Below are positions 41,985 to 57,328 of a stretch of 64,000 bases of DNA, in pieces. A program made the position numbers and the translations under genes. Numbering within the stretch: the first letter of the stretch is position 1; each line of letters opens with the position of its first letter. The stretch is taken from NCBI RefSeq assembly GCF_009914755.1, contig NC_060926.1; one strand, 5' to 3'. Origin of the DNA: the human T2T-CHM13v2.0 reference genome, Homo sapiens. The notes beneath the pieces were generated by a model that was not told the origin of the DNA, made no database searches, and worked only from the letters and a program-made list of their open reading frames with translations.

Positions 41985-42458
41985 TGTTAGTCTAAATCAC
42001 AGAGAGAGGCCCTCTAAAAGAAAATGATATTTATTTGGGAATAGAGCATTGCAATGGGAATTGCACAGTCTTTTTTTAGCTTTGATGAGGCAACCTTTGC
42101 TTACATGTGCCATGGTAAACTATGTGCATACTCAGGCGGGTAAAAGGAAGAGAAAACTTTTTAAAGGAAAAATAAGGAAAATTACATAATTGTTTTGAGA
42201 TAATTATCCTTGGCTACAAGGATCAACAACAATGATGACAGCAGCCCAAAGTTAGACAGGCACTTGCTGGGGAAATGTCCTCGAAGAAGTATTTTTGTGT
42301 GTGCAAGTCTGCAGTTTTTGCAAAATCTTTTGTGATAGTTTTTATCATTCATTTATGAATGAGAACTGCCCTCTTCATATTTATTCCTGGCCTTATTTGT
42401 CAGGGTTTTTTTTTTTTTTAACACGGGTGACTATATTTTGATTCTAACAACTCTCATA
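41985..42458 (-). mobile_element. 3' LTR (LTR54-like)
   Basis: Colinear with 49628-50056, e.g. AAAAGAAAATGATATTTATTTGGGAATAG and ATTACATAATTGTTTTGAGATAA shared. Confidence 0.85.
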
Positions 42459-42477
42459 TTTTCACCCACTGCTGCCA

Positions 42478-42749
42478 TTTTTTTTTTTTTTTTTGAGAGA
42501 GAGTCTTGCTCTGTCATCTGGGCTGGAAAATCATAGCTCACTGTAGCCTCGAACTCTTGGGCTCAAGTGATTCTCCCACCTCTGCCTCCTGAGTGGCTAG
42601 GACTATAGGTGTGTGTCAACACACCTATAGTGTACAGATGGGCTCCTTCCATGTTGCCCAGGCTGGTCTTGAACTCCTGGCCTCAAGCAGTCCTCCTGCC
42701 TTGGCCTCCCAAAGTGTTGGGATTTTAAGTGTGAGCACTGCACCTGTCC
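42478..42749 (-). mobile_element. AluJ inserted at the proviral PPT
   Basis: Poly-T then GAGAGAGAGTCTTGCTCTGTC...CCCAAAGTGTTGGGATT; J-type. Confidence 0.88.
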
Positions 42750-43765
42750 CATTTCCCACTTTTGATCAAGATCTCTCTCCAAACACATTGTTGATCAATC
42801 ATCCTGTAGTTAGATTTTGATGGCCCTTTGTGCCAGGATGGGCCTGTCCTGGGTTTCTGGTCTGGTCCCATATTGGAGAGAGTGAATGGCAGCTAGCAGT
42901 CAGTGTTAAAACTCTTTTAGCCACATTTGAGCAACAAAGGAGATTTGAAGGGAGAGGCTCTCAGGCTAAGGCTACTTGGAGTTCATTATTAAGTTTAACC
43001 TTGTTCTATAGTCTTTTCCCATCATCTCAAAGTACTGGGACAGCATTTAGGAGTTATATTTCTGCAAAAATTTAACAAGTACCAGACGCAAAGTTTACAA
43101 AGAGAAGATAGTCTAGTCTATAGGCAGATAACAAGAACTTGGAAACAATGCACAGGGCTACAGTCTAATAACAGGTGTATTGTAGCTTTTCTTTAGAAAC
43201 ATAACTTCTTCTCTTTACATTGATCACATAGAAACTTCAGATTTACAAGCCTCTTGAGGCTAGGCAGCCAAGCTAAGGCAGACTTTAGATTTTATCTACA
43301 GTCTTCAGGTTCCTGGGCCTGTCAGAGAGTGACATTTTTAAATGTACTCGCTGTAAGGCTGGGAAGCCAGGTATTCTATGCACATTCTCAAATATGACAC
43401 TAAAATCTTGGCAATATAACCAATATTTCCAATTGTAACCTGCTATAAAGAGAGAGCAGCTTTTTATTAGAGTTACACAAGTAACCATATTGCCATCAGA
43501 ATACTTACAAATAGTTTCTGAATTTTGGAAGAATCAAGTAAGGAGCAAAAGCAAATGCTTTCATTCTTGTTCACAAAATTATATTTTACCAAATTGCTGT
43601 AAACTATAGATAGCTTAAGACAGAAAATTTCCTTAAATCTGGGAAACAACACATTTATGTATAGAACTAATGTTTCTACTAACAGTAATAAAAACATTAT
43701 TTTCATTAGTTACTTAATCTTGCATAATTAATTTTTGTTCTGTTTGATCTTCATTAGCAGTTTCA

Positions 43766-44215
<450 letters not shown>

Positions 44216-45759
44216 TTATAGCTGATTGCAGATGCTTTTAGAGAAAAATCAAAACAATAACTGTGGATGACAAAAACTTAGAATAGTCATGGTTAAAACT
44301 GATGAGAGTTCACAATTGGCAGGGAAACTTAGTTATTTCTATTACGTATTTTAAGATAACAACCAGAATCATGACTGAGTTACATCAAGACTTTTATAAA
44401 TTCCATATAATCTTTAGAGTATTCACATCAACAATATCAACACAAATATAACTTTTACGAAAATTTAACATAACCAAAATTATCACTAACGTATTATATT
44501 TCTATGAATTTATATAATTTTCCAAATACTTTTTTCAATAATATACCCATAAATGTAACTGAAAGAGGATATAGAGTCACCTATTATTTGACAATGTTTC
44601 CTATATAATTTACCAAATAATACTAATCATTTAATATCTCTACAAGATAAGAGATGTGTCCTTTGAGGCTCTCCAGGGGCTCAACTGGAAAATCCCAAAG
44701 TGAATTCTAGATCAAAAAGGCTTGATTTATAATTGTGATCCTGGGTAAGCCTGACAAAAATATTAAAAGGTCAAAAATACCCACTCAAAAGAGGATCACA
44801 GGTCATGGTGAAATAAGTCATTTATTTAAACAGTGATAACAAAAGTCTTTGAAAACAGCACAGAAAATTAGGTGTATGCAAAACCTTAACCATTTCAAAG
44901 CTCAGTTTTTCTAAGTAATAAAAAACCTAATAAAGAGGACACAGGAAATTATCCTAATGAAATATAAATTCTTTTTTTTTAGGCCAGTTACAAAAAAGGT
45001 AAAGAAAAATCCCCTGCAATGTGATTGCTTTTTCTTGTAGGAAGCTTATTTAGATAAACTGGAAGATGAACTTGATTTTTAAAAAAGAGTATTTGAATTT
45101 AATCAGACACAGGAAGAAGTATGTCCAAGGTCATAAGTGTACACTTTACTATAGAGGAATGTAAACAAGAAAACTAGTACTTTGAGCAGGGGAATATATG
45201 GTTCTTAGTAACAGCACAGGATATTTACTGGTTACACGGAAAATTCAGATACATCAACAAATGCCAAGAGTCCAGAATCAAGTTATACTGGAGCAAAACA
45301 TTGCTTTTCTGGGCCTTCAAGATAAGCATTTTAGTGTCAGGTGATAACAGAGTTAGAAGTGGGAAAAAAGATGTTCCACCAGCTAATGAAAGGTTGAAGG
45401 AGAAAGTTATCATCCTGGGCCTTCTCAAGGGGAGAAAGAGCTGAAGGCAATGATGCATAACCTGTAAACCACGTGCTTAGAGATACAGCAAAAGTTGAAC
45501 TTCTGAGATATGAATTGGAGAAGCTTATGAGGAAAATTATACCTGAATAAATGAAAGTACCATTCTAAATGAAGAGAACAGCATTCCCAGCCTGAAACTA
45601 GGAAAATTAAAAATTGAGCTCAGGAAAGAAATGTGGCAGAAATGGAAACTGTCTGCAGTTTAGAAGATGGCCATAAAAGAAACAGATTTTAGATTTTAAA
45701 ATCAAAACCTCTTGCAACTTTACTATGAGCAGATCAATACTTTAAGAAAAGTTGTTGTT

Positions 45760-45875
45760 CTCGGGAGGCTGAGGCAGGAGAATCCCTTGAACCTGGGAGG
45801 CGTAGGTTGCAGTGAGCTGAGAACTAACCACTGCACTACAGCCTGGACAGCAGAGTGAGACTCTGTCTCAAAAAA
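45760..45875 (+). mobile_element. 5'-truncated AluS fragment with TSD
   Basis: Right-arm 3' part plus A-tail; TSD AAAAGTTGTTGTT. Confidence 0.9.
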
Positions 45876-46624
45876 AAAAGTTGTTGTTGTAACACAGAGG
45901 ACCACAGTTTTAGTTTCGTATTAGTGTATTTTTAATATCAAATGCAACCTTTGGAAAGACATAAATAATTCCTTTCTGATTATAGCCAATTAGATCATAT
46001 ACAAAATTCTTTCATAAATTCATAATCCATCCTTCCTAAACTTTATTATGACCTACTGAGACCTTATGTGACATGTTTAGACTTTCTGCTTTGTCCTGTA
46101 CTTCCTCTTTCATAAATAACCATTTTACTTTAGGACAAAAATTTATCACACAAGATTCTTCCTCATACAAAAGTGTTCTCTTTTTAAAAAACTTCCTTGC
46201 TAAAAATACATCTTAAACTCCATAACTTTCTTCATATCTCTCACTCTTACTTACTGGTTTCTTTATGTCTTGTTTCTGTATTTTGAAACAACCTTTAAAT
46301 AACCTCTGAATTAGACAAAATTACTTCTTTCTAATAAGAACACATTTTTTAATGACTTTCTTATAACTTTTCTCATCCCATATTTTTTTGGTACACTTTG
46401 TATACAGAATTATATATATTAATTAGAATTTTAGCTCTTAGTAATCTTGCATACTTTAAGGTCCTGAGTAATTTTGAACTCTTTGTCACATATCAGTATT
46501 TTATAGATGAGAACCATTTTATAATTACAACATAATTTTACGTGTATTAATAAATGCAAATATATTTAGTCTTTCTATAAAAACCCTTATATTTATATTC
46601 AGCAATTTTAGGGTTTAAAAAAAA

Positions 46625-46835
<211 letters not shown>

Positions 46836-48244
46836 AGAAATTTATGTTTTAGCTTTGGTTTGCTTTGGAAATTTGATCCCAGACATTTAGTGGATATCTA
46901 TTGCTTAATTCAATGTAACTTTAAAATCTCAAATTACATGAAAAGTTGATTGATAAACATTTATCTCTTTTACATTATCTAACTTATTTGTTTTTTAAAA
47001 ATTTACCTAGATTATGTGTGAAAATGGAAATATTAGACAAAGCTAGTCATCATTTAAAGTTATCCCTGTTAACCATTTTTATAGCCTGTTAATATCAGAT
47101 ATTCACCCAACTCAGAACTTTAAAGTTAAATACATTGGTATTTTGTTGACAACTCAGAAGCTACAGTCATTTTTATTAAGCCAACAATATTAAATTAGTG
47201 TTACTTATCAAAAAATTGCACAAGCAAAGATCATTCTCTTTTAGGCTGGGCTTATAATTTTGTAAACTTTGTGTCAAATTTTGATACCTTAAAACTTCTA
47301 GCAAGGACAAATATATAAAACCGTCTGATCAGTAAACCCAGGAAAAAAAGTATGCTGACAATTCTGAAGACATTTCTATTTTGATTTTGCCAATAATTTT
47401 AAAACCAGCTTATTTATTAAAGATTTGCTTAAGTCACATTAACTAAAATGCATTTGTTAATTAGTATTATTTTATATGAGTGCTCATTTATCTAAGCCAA
47501 TCTAAGTAGAGTTCCTTAGGGAATTTTTGGCCAACTATGCCCTATTTCACTATGTAGACACAACATATAATACATGTACATATGTATAAACACACATAAA
47601 CATATATATATGCACATAAATATATCGGTTTCATTTTAGAATTTTAGTAATATGTACAAATTCACTGGTTTGTAAAAGATAGTTGGATCTAACTTATATT
47701 TCTGAAAAAAGAAGCTTGTTTACATGGCTAAACTTCATTTGTTCCAATAGATAATGTAATGAAAGTTATGGACTAAAATCCTGACTAAAGCAGTTACCAC
47801 ACCAGTTTGGTTTTAAAAGCTGGCCCTCCAACATTTTTTTAGTTTCAGATGAGTTTAGGGTTAAGTTTTCAATGTTTACATTTTAGCTGAGACTGGCTGA
47901 ATTGTATAAAAAAACAACATTCTCAAGTAGCCTTGAATCTATTTTTTGTTTGCTAGTCTGTTTTTCTTGACTAATCAATGCAGGTAAATAAGTATTTTAA
48001 AAGGGTTTTTTTTCTGCCTTTTTCTTTTTGATTCCTGCATGATAGACAAACGCAATTTTTATGCTAAACAGAGATACCTTATATTATTGCTGTGAGCTCA
48101 AGATTTTGACCTGCTTTATCCAAGAGCCTAATTTGTATAAGCATTTATCTAGTTCTTTTTTAGACTGTCAATTCTTCAATTAACTCTTCCATCCCCCTAA
48201 AAAATTGTTAGCTAGGCAAACCTAAATTTACATTAAAAGGGATG

Positions 48245-48548
<304 letters not shown>

Positions 48549-49603
48549 GGTTGGGGGGCGATGACTCTTAGGTCTGGGTTGTTGATTACTATGGAGCTGT
48601 AATAGTTTGTAACTGGTTTGAAAGCTATTTAAGACTTGTTTCCCTCTCTCTCTTTGCTGAAATGCCATAAACAGTGAGTTTTATCTCAATACCAGCAAAA
48701 ACATCAGCATATTCACAGTAGGCAGAAAAAAAGTAGAGTAGACAAGAACTCAGAAGGCTGTACATGTTAACTCTGTAGCTGCAGGGTTTTAAAACCATAA
48801 TTTGAACATTAATCATTTGAGCTCTCAATTTCTCTCAATGTAATTTGTCCATCAGTTTAAAAATGTGTATGAGAATGAGCAATATATGTAGCCAGCTAGA
48901 GTTCCAGAAAACTTGGCATGCCTTAATATTTAGGAATACCATTCTATTTCTTACTAATCTCTCAAGAGCAAATAAAATCCTGTATATTCTGTTAGAGAAT
49001 GTCAGGAGTTTGGACCAAGATGATGGCAACCAACCTAGTTGCTTTTATTTAGCCATCCTGCATCTACCATTTAGAATGTTTATTTTGCTCTAAGAAGATT
49101 TTCAGAAACAGGCAAGGGAAAAGAGACAAATCATTTACAGATGCACGTAACCAAACCAAAGGAAACTAAGATAAGAGTGTTCACAAAAATTTTAACCTAG
49201 GTATGTGAATAAAACAAAATATTAAATTAGGCAGACAGGAAGAACCAAGAGTAAATTCAGCAGAAAAGACATGCCTTACAGACAGGGTGTAAATTCTGTA
49301 GAAACCAGAGTACTCAAACCAGAAAGACGCTTGTCTTTATACCAGAAAAGACTTGCCCGTCAATACAAAATGTCTTTTATCATCCCAGAATGGATGTAAA
49401 GTCATTTATTAAAGCAGCCTTATTCAAATGAGATCCCAAATGATGTTAAGATCTTCTACCAGAAAGAGGGAGGATTTGCCTAAGAGAAGACCATCAGGGC
49501 AGAAAAAGTGAGCCATGGAAGCAGAGAGCTCGAAGGGCTCATGTGAGTACTCCATACACATTTCAAGAATCATCTATTCCTTCTAGTAGTAATTTTCCTC
49601 CAG

Positions 49604-49621
49604 GTCCCATTTCTGACACCA
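49604..49621 (-). other. Retroviral primer-binding site, tRNA-Leu(CAA)-type
   Basis: Minus strand TGGTGTCAGAAATGGGAC, 6 nt downstream of the 5' LTR; 16/18 match to the complement of the recalled tRNA-Leu(CAA) 3' end. Confidence 0.75.
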
Positions 49622-49627
49622 TTTATA

Positions 49628-50056
49628 TGTCAATCTAAATAAAGAACAGAGAGGGGCTCTCCAAAAGAAAATGATATTTATTTGGGAATAGGGTATCGCA
49701 ATGGAAACACACATGCCATAATAAACTATGTGCGTATTCAGGAAGTAAAGGAAGACAAATACTTTTAAAAGAAAAATGAGGAGGATTACATAATTGTTTT
49801 GAGATAAGTATCCTTGGTTATGAGGATCAATAACAAGGGTGACACCAATGCAAACTGCACAAGCACTTGCTGGGCAAATGACCTTGAAGTATTTTTTTTG
49901 TGCAAGTTTGCAGTTTTCACAGTCTTTTGTGATAGTTTTTATTAGGCACTTATGAATGAGATCTCTCTTCATGAACTTCCTTGGCTGTATTTGTGAGGTT
50001 TATTATTATTTTTTTTTAACATAAGTGATTCTATCTTGATTCTGACAACTTTCACA
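49628..50056 (-). mobile_element. 5' LTR (LTR54-like)
   Basis: Reverse strand TGTGAAAGTTGTCAGAATCAAGATAGAATCAC...GATTGACA. Confidence 0.85.
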
Positions 50057-50124
50057 TCAAAATTTTTAAAAAAGAAACTCAGAAAACATCAATGATCACA
50101 AGGAGTTAGCCATTGATCATTAAA

Positions 50125-50373
50125 GACATGATTAAGACTGCAGGTTATGGAGTCAAACTGACCTGGATTCAAACCTGGCTCCACCCATATCTAGTTTTGT
50201 GACTTAGGCAGTTTTTTATTTCTTTGAGACCAAGTATCTTTATCTTTAAAATGGGAAGGAAGTGCTCATGCAATAAAATGAGATAGTATCTGTAAAGCAC
50301 AGAAAGCCTTTAGCACAGTGTGAGGCCACTACATAATAGGTGCTCAATAAATGTTTGCTATTATCATTACTAT
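50125..50373 (+). mobile_element. MIR (MIRb-like), near full length
   Basis: TGGAGTCAAACTGACCTGGATTCAAACCTGGCTCCACC ... TAGGTGCTCAATAAATG. Confidence 0.85.
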
Positions 50374-50734
50374 TTAAATATCTAGGCATTAGAAATGCCT
50401 TTCTTGGAAAATGCCTACTCAGATATTTGGACACTAAACCATTTCTGTATGAAGTTTGAAGGCAAGAAAAAGTGGGCCTTAGATATTTAAGTTAGGCACT
50501 AGCCTAAATCTCATCCTAGGAAATTAATGTGAACTGCCCAGCACCTGAATCCTTGCTCCTGAACCTCACTTAACACTTCTGAATTCAATATGCTCCCACA
50601 GCTTTTGCCTGTTGGATCTGCTTGTTTGGTGTCTGGTACTTCTTGACTGTTCTATTGTAGCCAATCTCTGTCCTTTCTCCTCGATTCTCCTTAACCATGA
50701 GTTTGGCATTTTTACCCCACCTCATCTACCCAAG

Positions 50735-51126
50735 TGTATCAGTCCGTTCTTGCACTGCTGTGTAGAAATACCTGAGACTGGGTAATGCATAAAGAAAAGA
50801 GGTTAAATTGGCTCATGGTTACACAGGCTGTATGGCTTCTGGGGAGGCCTTAGGAAACTTTCAATCATGGTAGAATGCGAAGGGGAAGCAGGCACGTCCT
50901 ACATGGCTGGAGCAGGATGGGGAAGACAGAAAGTGGGGAGGTGCCACACACTTTTAAACAACCAGATATTGCAATAATTCACTCTGATGACAACACCAAG
51001 GGGGATGGTGTTAACCAAGAGAAACTGCCCCCATGATCCAATCACCTCCCACCAGGCCCACCTCCAACATTGGGAATTACAATTCAACATGAGATTTGGG
51101 TGGGGACAGAGATCCAAAACGTATCA
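50735..51126 (-). mobile_element. MSTA-like MaLR solo LTR
   Basis: TG...CA termini, AATACCTGAGACTGGGTAAT, CACCTCCAACATTGGGAATTACAATTCAACATGAGATTTGG; 5-bp TSD CCAAG/CAAAG. Confidence 0.9.
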
Positions 51127-51561
51127 CAAAGACTGACCCTCTGGCCTGAGTTCTGTTTTTTACTTTGCCCTCCCTGCCAGGTCAGAACTGATGGATCTGT
51201 CCATGGAATCCATGCATGACACTATGATGTTAAAGTCCTCAGTTAATGGGACTGGTGGATTCCATACTACAACAGTATTGAACAAGCACTCATATGGAAG
51301 ATTCTGGTAGGGAAGATTTGGGACTGAACCTCCAATTTAGTTTAATGCCCATTTTGCCTGGGAAGCATGCATATGACCCGGCTGTGATTTCCTGTCATAT
51401 TTTCAATCTCCTATGGCTTCCTTGAATTTCTTTGAATTTTTAAAAAGAACTTTTAAATCTGATCTGAAATTTATTGCAAAATAGTTTCTGACATAGGAAA
51501 GTACAGAGAGGGGAATATACTGTTCCTTTAAACCTACCTCAGAAATATAATCCTACCTCAG

Positions 51562-51604
51562 TACCTTTAATGGCAAAAACTGCAATTACTTTGCACCAAC
51601 CTAA
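51562..51604. mobile_element. MADE1 (Hsmar1 MITE) half element
   Basis: TAATGGCAAAAACTGCAATTACTTTGCACCAACCTAA then TA; only one TIR arm. Confidence 0.85.
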
Positions 51605-51636
51605 TAACTACAGTTAACATTTGGTTATGCACTCTT

Positions 51637-51830
51637 CTTTTTTTAAAAATTAAATTATTATTTTTAATTAACACATAACATTTGTACATATTTATGGGGT
51701 ACAGAGTGATATTTTGATGTATGTGTACAATGTGTAATGATTAAATCAAGCTAATTAGCATATATATATCAGCTCAAACATTTATCATTTCTTTGTGTTG
51801 GGAACATTCAAAATCTTCTCTTCTAGCTAT
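51637..51830 (-). mobile_element. L1MA 3'-end fragment inside an older L1M relic
   Basis: TTGTACATATTTATGGGGTACAGAGTGATATTTTG...GGAACATTCAAAATCTTCTCTTCTAGCTAT; TSD-like TCTTCTTT. Confidence 0.8.
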
Positions 51831-52439
51831 CTTCTTTACATATATATATTTATGTAAGTGAGATAGCACTTCCTGCTATTTTCCACTTAACACTGTATTG
51901 TAAACGTTCCCCACTCTAAAAATTCTCTTTATAAATATGATTTTAGTCACTGCACAATATTCTACATACAGATGTACCGTAATTTTAACTTAGCCATTTC
52001 TCGTTATGTACATTTAAACTGTTTTTGTTTATTTGGTCATTAGAAATAACACCAAGGAAATGATATTTGTGCATACTTTTTTCTTATAAATTAAAAACCC
52101 AGTTCTAATTACCCCTCTCATCCCCACTTTTTAAGAATAAAATATTAGTTGTCTTTGTTCCTGCCGTCCTTAGACATGAAGTAAACAACTAGGCTAAGAT
52201 AGCAGACAACTAAATATCTACTAAATAAATAAATAGTATTGGAAAGGTGATTTGCCCCCATTAAAAATGAATATATGCAAGTGGGGAACTCTAGTTACTT
52301 TTGTAAAGAAAAGAGCTATAGGGATAAGGAGAAATAAGTGAAAGTAAACAAATCCGAAAGGTAGAAAACTGTTCTCTGTCCCCATGGAACACTTCCATGA
52401 CCAGAATAAAGAATATGCTCATTTTCTAGCTTGCCCATT

Positions 52440-52742
52440 GAGGCAGAGACTGCTAACTAGTGACCAAACCTGTTTGCTCTTCTTCCTGGAGAGATAGCCA
52501 GACTCTGTTTCCCAGCCTTCCTTGCAGCCAAAGGAAGAAGAGCAGAGTGATGTAAGCACCTTCCACACCTTCCCCCTAACAAGTTCTCAGATTCTATCCT
52601 TCATGCTTTTTTCCACCCACCTCCTGATGTGGGATGAGCACAGTGACCTTGGAAGTCAGCTGTTGAAGGTGATAGAGCTCCAACATGGGAGAAGCTCAGA
52701 TAGATCCATGAATCTACTTGGAAACAATTGCCTGCCTATCAG
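52440..52742 (+). mobile_element. MLT1 (I/J-like) MaLR LTR fragment
   Basis: TTTCCCAGCCTTCCTTGCAGC, GAGCAGAGTGATGTAAGCACCTTCC, GCTGTTGAAGGTGATAGAGC. Confidence 0.65.
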
Positions 52743-52789
52743 ATTATGGGAGCCAGAAACCTATACTCATTCTCAGCATGTTCCTCTGC

Positions 52790-53900
<1,111 letters not shown>

Positions 53901-54204
53901 GGAAAGAGAGAAAAAAGGTTAGGTAAATAAACTGATGGATGGAGTGAGATTTTTCACCACATGATTCATTATTAGGAGTCAGGATCTTGGTTGAGTGTTT
54001 GGAACAACGAGGTTTACGAGGTTTCTTGACATGTTGCTTGTTGTGTTTTGCTTCCTTGCCTTTGTGCATAAATTCCTTTCTGCTGAAACACCCTTTCCTT
54101 ACTTGAAGAAATCCTATTCTACCTTTAAGATCAGCACAGGTGTGCTTTCACTGACCTGCTCTGATCAGGGTTAACTGCCCTCAGCTATGCTACCCTAAGA
54201 ACAT

Positions 54205-54390
54205 ATTCAGTCTCTGGAGAAAGACGGATCTTGTTTCCAGTCTTGGTTCTGCCCCTGCTTGATATTTGGGCCTAAACAAATCACTGAATCTGTTTCTTCA
54301 CCAGTAAAATGAAACTAATAATTCCTTCTTCACAGGGTGAATGTGAGGAGTCAGATAAGGGGTTGAAAGCAGCTTATGAATAATAGATGG
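54205..54390 (+). mobile_element. MIR
   Basis: AAACAAATCACTGAATCTGTTTCTTCACCAGTAAAATG...CACAGGGTGAATGTGAGG. Confidence 0.65.
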
Positions 54391-54439
54391 TCGAGAAATA
54401 GTGACTTTAAAAAAAATGGAACCCAAAACATTGTTTATT

Positions 54440-54565
54440 TTCCCCACCATATTGTAAGTTTTTTGAGGTCAGAGACCATGCCATTTTTATCTTTGCTTCC
54501 TTAGTACTTAACATAGTGCCTGGCACAGGGCAGATGCCCAGTAAAATGTTTATTGAAGTGAATGA
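54440..54565 (+). mobile_element. L2 3' end
   Basis: TGTAAGTTTTTTGAGGTCAGAGACCATG...ACATAGTGCCTGGCACAG...TTATTGAAGTGAATGA. Confidence 0.75.
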
Positions 54566-55029
54566 TACTAGAATTATAAGGCAAGATCCAGGAGCTGGGG
54601 TATGATCAGGGGTTTAGACAGTCACAGATTGACCTCTTTGAGGTCTTTGCCTTTTTATTAATGGCTGGTCAATAGATCTTAAAGGGAAGTCAAGGCAGAT
54701 AATCACTGCTAAGAGACAAGCAGGGGAAATAGAATGTTGAAGCACCATGAGAAAAACTCATCTGTGGAGACCAAGGGTTGAAATATATTTTTCAACTCTT
54801 CAGCTTGAGCGAGACATCGGTAACTCTTTAATCTACAGTTGCTATTAACAAGAGTAAATGTTGCTATTGGCAGTGGGGAAAGTTTGAAATAAAGGGCCAC
54901 TTCCTGTACCTACAATATGTACCTTTTTTCTGCCTAGTCAAATATTGCAAGGCCCAGAATATGTGTCCTTTCTAATTTGCACAAAAGCACTATTTAAGCT
55001 AGTGGCAGAACTGCTTTGTGCTCTTATTC

Positions 55030-56538
55030 CAGGGATGTATCCAGGTTTTGAATGAAGCTTATATGTATTTGAAGGCTCACTTTAAAGAAAAAAAATATAA
55101 AATTGTAAGTACAAAATTAGACACAAAAGTAAATTTTTATTTAGAATGATGTAAGAAATTACAATAAATTATACATTTTAAAAGCTGATAAATACAGCAA
55201 AAATCTCAAAGTCTGGGAAAATAACATTTTTTGTTAATTAACTGCCTAACACTCCTTTGTAATACTTTTTTCCTACTTTTTTAATGCATATTCTGGTTGC
55301 CAATAAATGCAATTTTGTATTATTTTCTGTAGAAAGAACAGTAAAATAAACCAGGTTTTCCTCTAGCCTGGTTAAGTTTTTTTTAAATTGGTAGTTTATA
55401 AAAGTTTCTTTGATTTCACAATTCATTATTACAATATCATGCAAATTTTTGATATTGCTCTCAGATTTGGGAACCTCTATCAGATTTCTGTCATATCAGA
55501 TCTATATGAGTTCAGATCACTCCAAGTGTTCTTGTGCAGGGACTACTCTTAAATATCCTTTGAAATGGTCACACTCATTAGCCAGTGAGTTCTGATGTCC
55601 TGTTGTGGTGTATAATTACCAGTTTTCTGTTACCTTCACTGATATTAGTGTTCTAGATCAAAGTAGCAGGACATTTATGTTCTTCCCCAGTGTGTTCATA
55701 TGATTCATAGTCCTCTCCATTAATTTATTAATCAACTCAAGAGTCTATTTATTACTTCTATTTGAAATTTATTTCTTCTTCTCAAAAATGATCACTTTTG
55801 GTATTATCTGAACATCTTTTTGGTTACAACTCACTTTTTATTGTCAGAATAATTTCTGGTGAGTTCCTAGAGAAATATATGAAAATATTTTCATGGTATG
55901 GTGCATTTATAGTTGTATATGCTGCATAATTAGGTATATTCATGAGTAGGCATTGATTAAAACCACATCCTCTGCTTATTATTTTACATGTCTGGTGAAT
56001 GGAAGGATTTTCCATAGATTAATTTATAGCTCTGCATATTCCAAAACTTGTTTTTCCTCTGCTATTTACATCCATTGTTGGATGCTGTAGAATGTTATAG
56101 TGTGATGGGACTCCTGGCCCTGAACTTTTGGGCATGCTGTCAGCTATGGTCAACACAGAGGGTGGTGGGAATATTTCTAGAGGCTATTCCTACCCCAGAC
56201 AGGAGCTCAAATTAACCATACATAGAAATGAATGTTAACTATATAAATATATCCTACTAAATCCAAACTAAATACACTCTCCTAACTCCACTTTCCCAGG
56301 CTGGATCTCAAACATACTTTTGACGCACTTCAGAGCCACGTGACATGTGAAGTGTGATGAGGGGAGCCCAAGATGAAAGAGTAATTCTAACCAATACAGC
56401 TAAAATGTATTATACAAATTTTACAAAAATATATAACTATGTGAACATAGGGTCCCTTTCAGGACCTTGGAAGGGGCTGGTGCAAGGGAGGAGCCTTGAA
56501 GCTTTAGCTTCATTAGCTTCCCTGAACATTCACTTTTG
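55030..56538 (-). mobile_element. Zaphod/MER115-like hAT-Tip100 element, internally deleted
   Basis: Left CAGGGATGTATCCAGGTTTTG...CTTTAAAGAAAAAAAATATAAAATT; right CCTTGAAGCTTTAGCTTCATTAGCTTC; both recalled Zaphod termini. Confidence 0.7.
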
Positions 56539-56871
56539 AAGGGCTACTCATTCTATTTAGTACTCTGCAATTGGACTTGTGATGAGCTCTAGAATCAGAT
56601 AGGCTCGTGGTATTAACTATACAGTACCACTTTGCATAGTATTATATGTGTCCTTGAATCTAATTCAGTGTCATTGGCTGAACCATGTCCATTAGCCTTG
56701 GACATGGTTAGTGCCTGAGCAGAAGAAGAGAATGAGAGAGGAAAAGGAAGAAAAGATGGGAGAATGACCAGAAAAAGGTCAAGGAAGAGATTTATGTGGT
56801 ATGAAGCCATCAAGCCAGTAAGTAACAGAAGCTCCATTTGTCAGAATCATCTAGCATTGCACTGGCGTCAG

Positions 56872-57328
56872 TCAGCAAATGTTGATGTCTGCCGCAGATC
56901 TCCTTAGCCATATGAGTTTACTGCATGGTGCAGTAGCAGTTTCTAGTTTGCCAACAGCATCCTCTATCAAACCCCTATCTTTCTTACCCTCTGCCTGAGG
57001 GCTTTCTCCAGTATGAGGAAGCACACCCTCCTGCAGGCAGTGTGTATGGGCAACACTTACCACAGGGACGGGAGTTGGTAGATAAATGCTGCAGCCCATG
57101 TGGCCTCTAGTGGAATGTTTCTCAGGTGAGTTCCATATGATTTATCAGAGGACTTGAGCTACAGTTGCTCACAGAGGTGATCCACTCATTTACTCACGAA
57201 TTCATTGGCATCTCTTTCTGGCTCACTTTCCCCACTCACTCAAGTTTGCTTCCCAAGAGAACCTCTCAACCTACCAGAACTCAGTTTTTATGTCCGAATC
57301 TGCATCTGGGGCAACACAAACCAAGACA
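56872..57328 (+). mobile_element. LTR16A-like (ERVL) solo LTR
   Basis: CTCTGCCTGAGGGCTTTCTCC, CAGTTGCTCACAG, ends CTGGGGCAACACAAACCAAGACA. Confidence 0.7.

Noticed and set aside
51562-51604. miR-548-type hairpin
   Set aside because: Only one MADE1 arm is present, so no stem-loop can form
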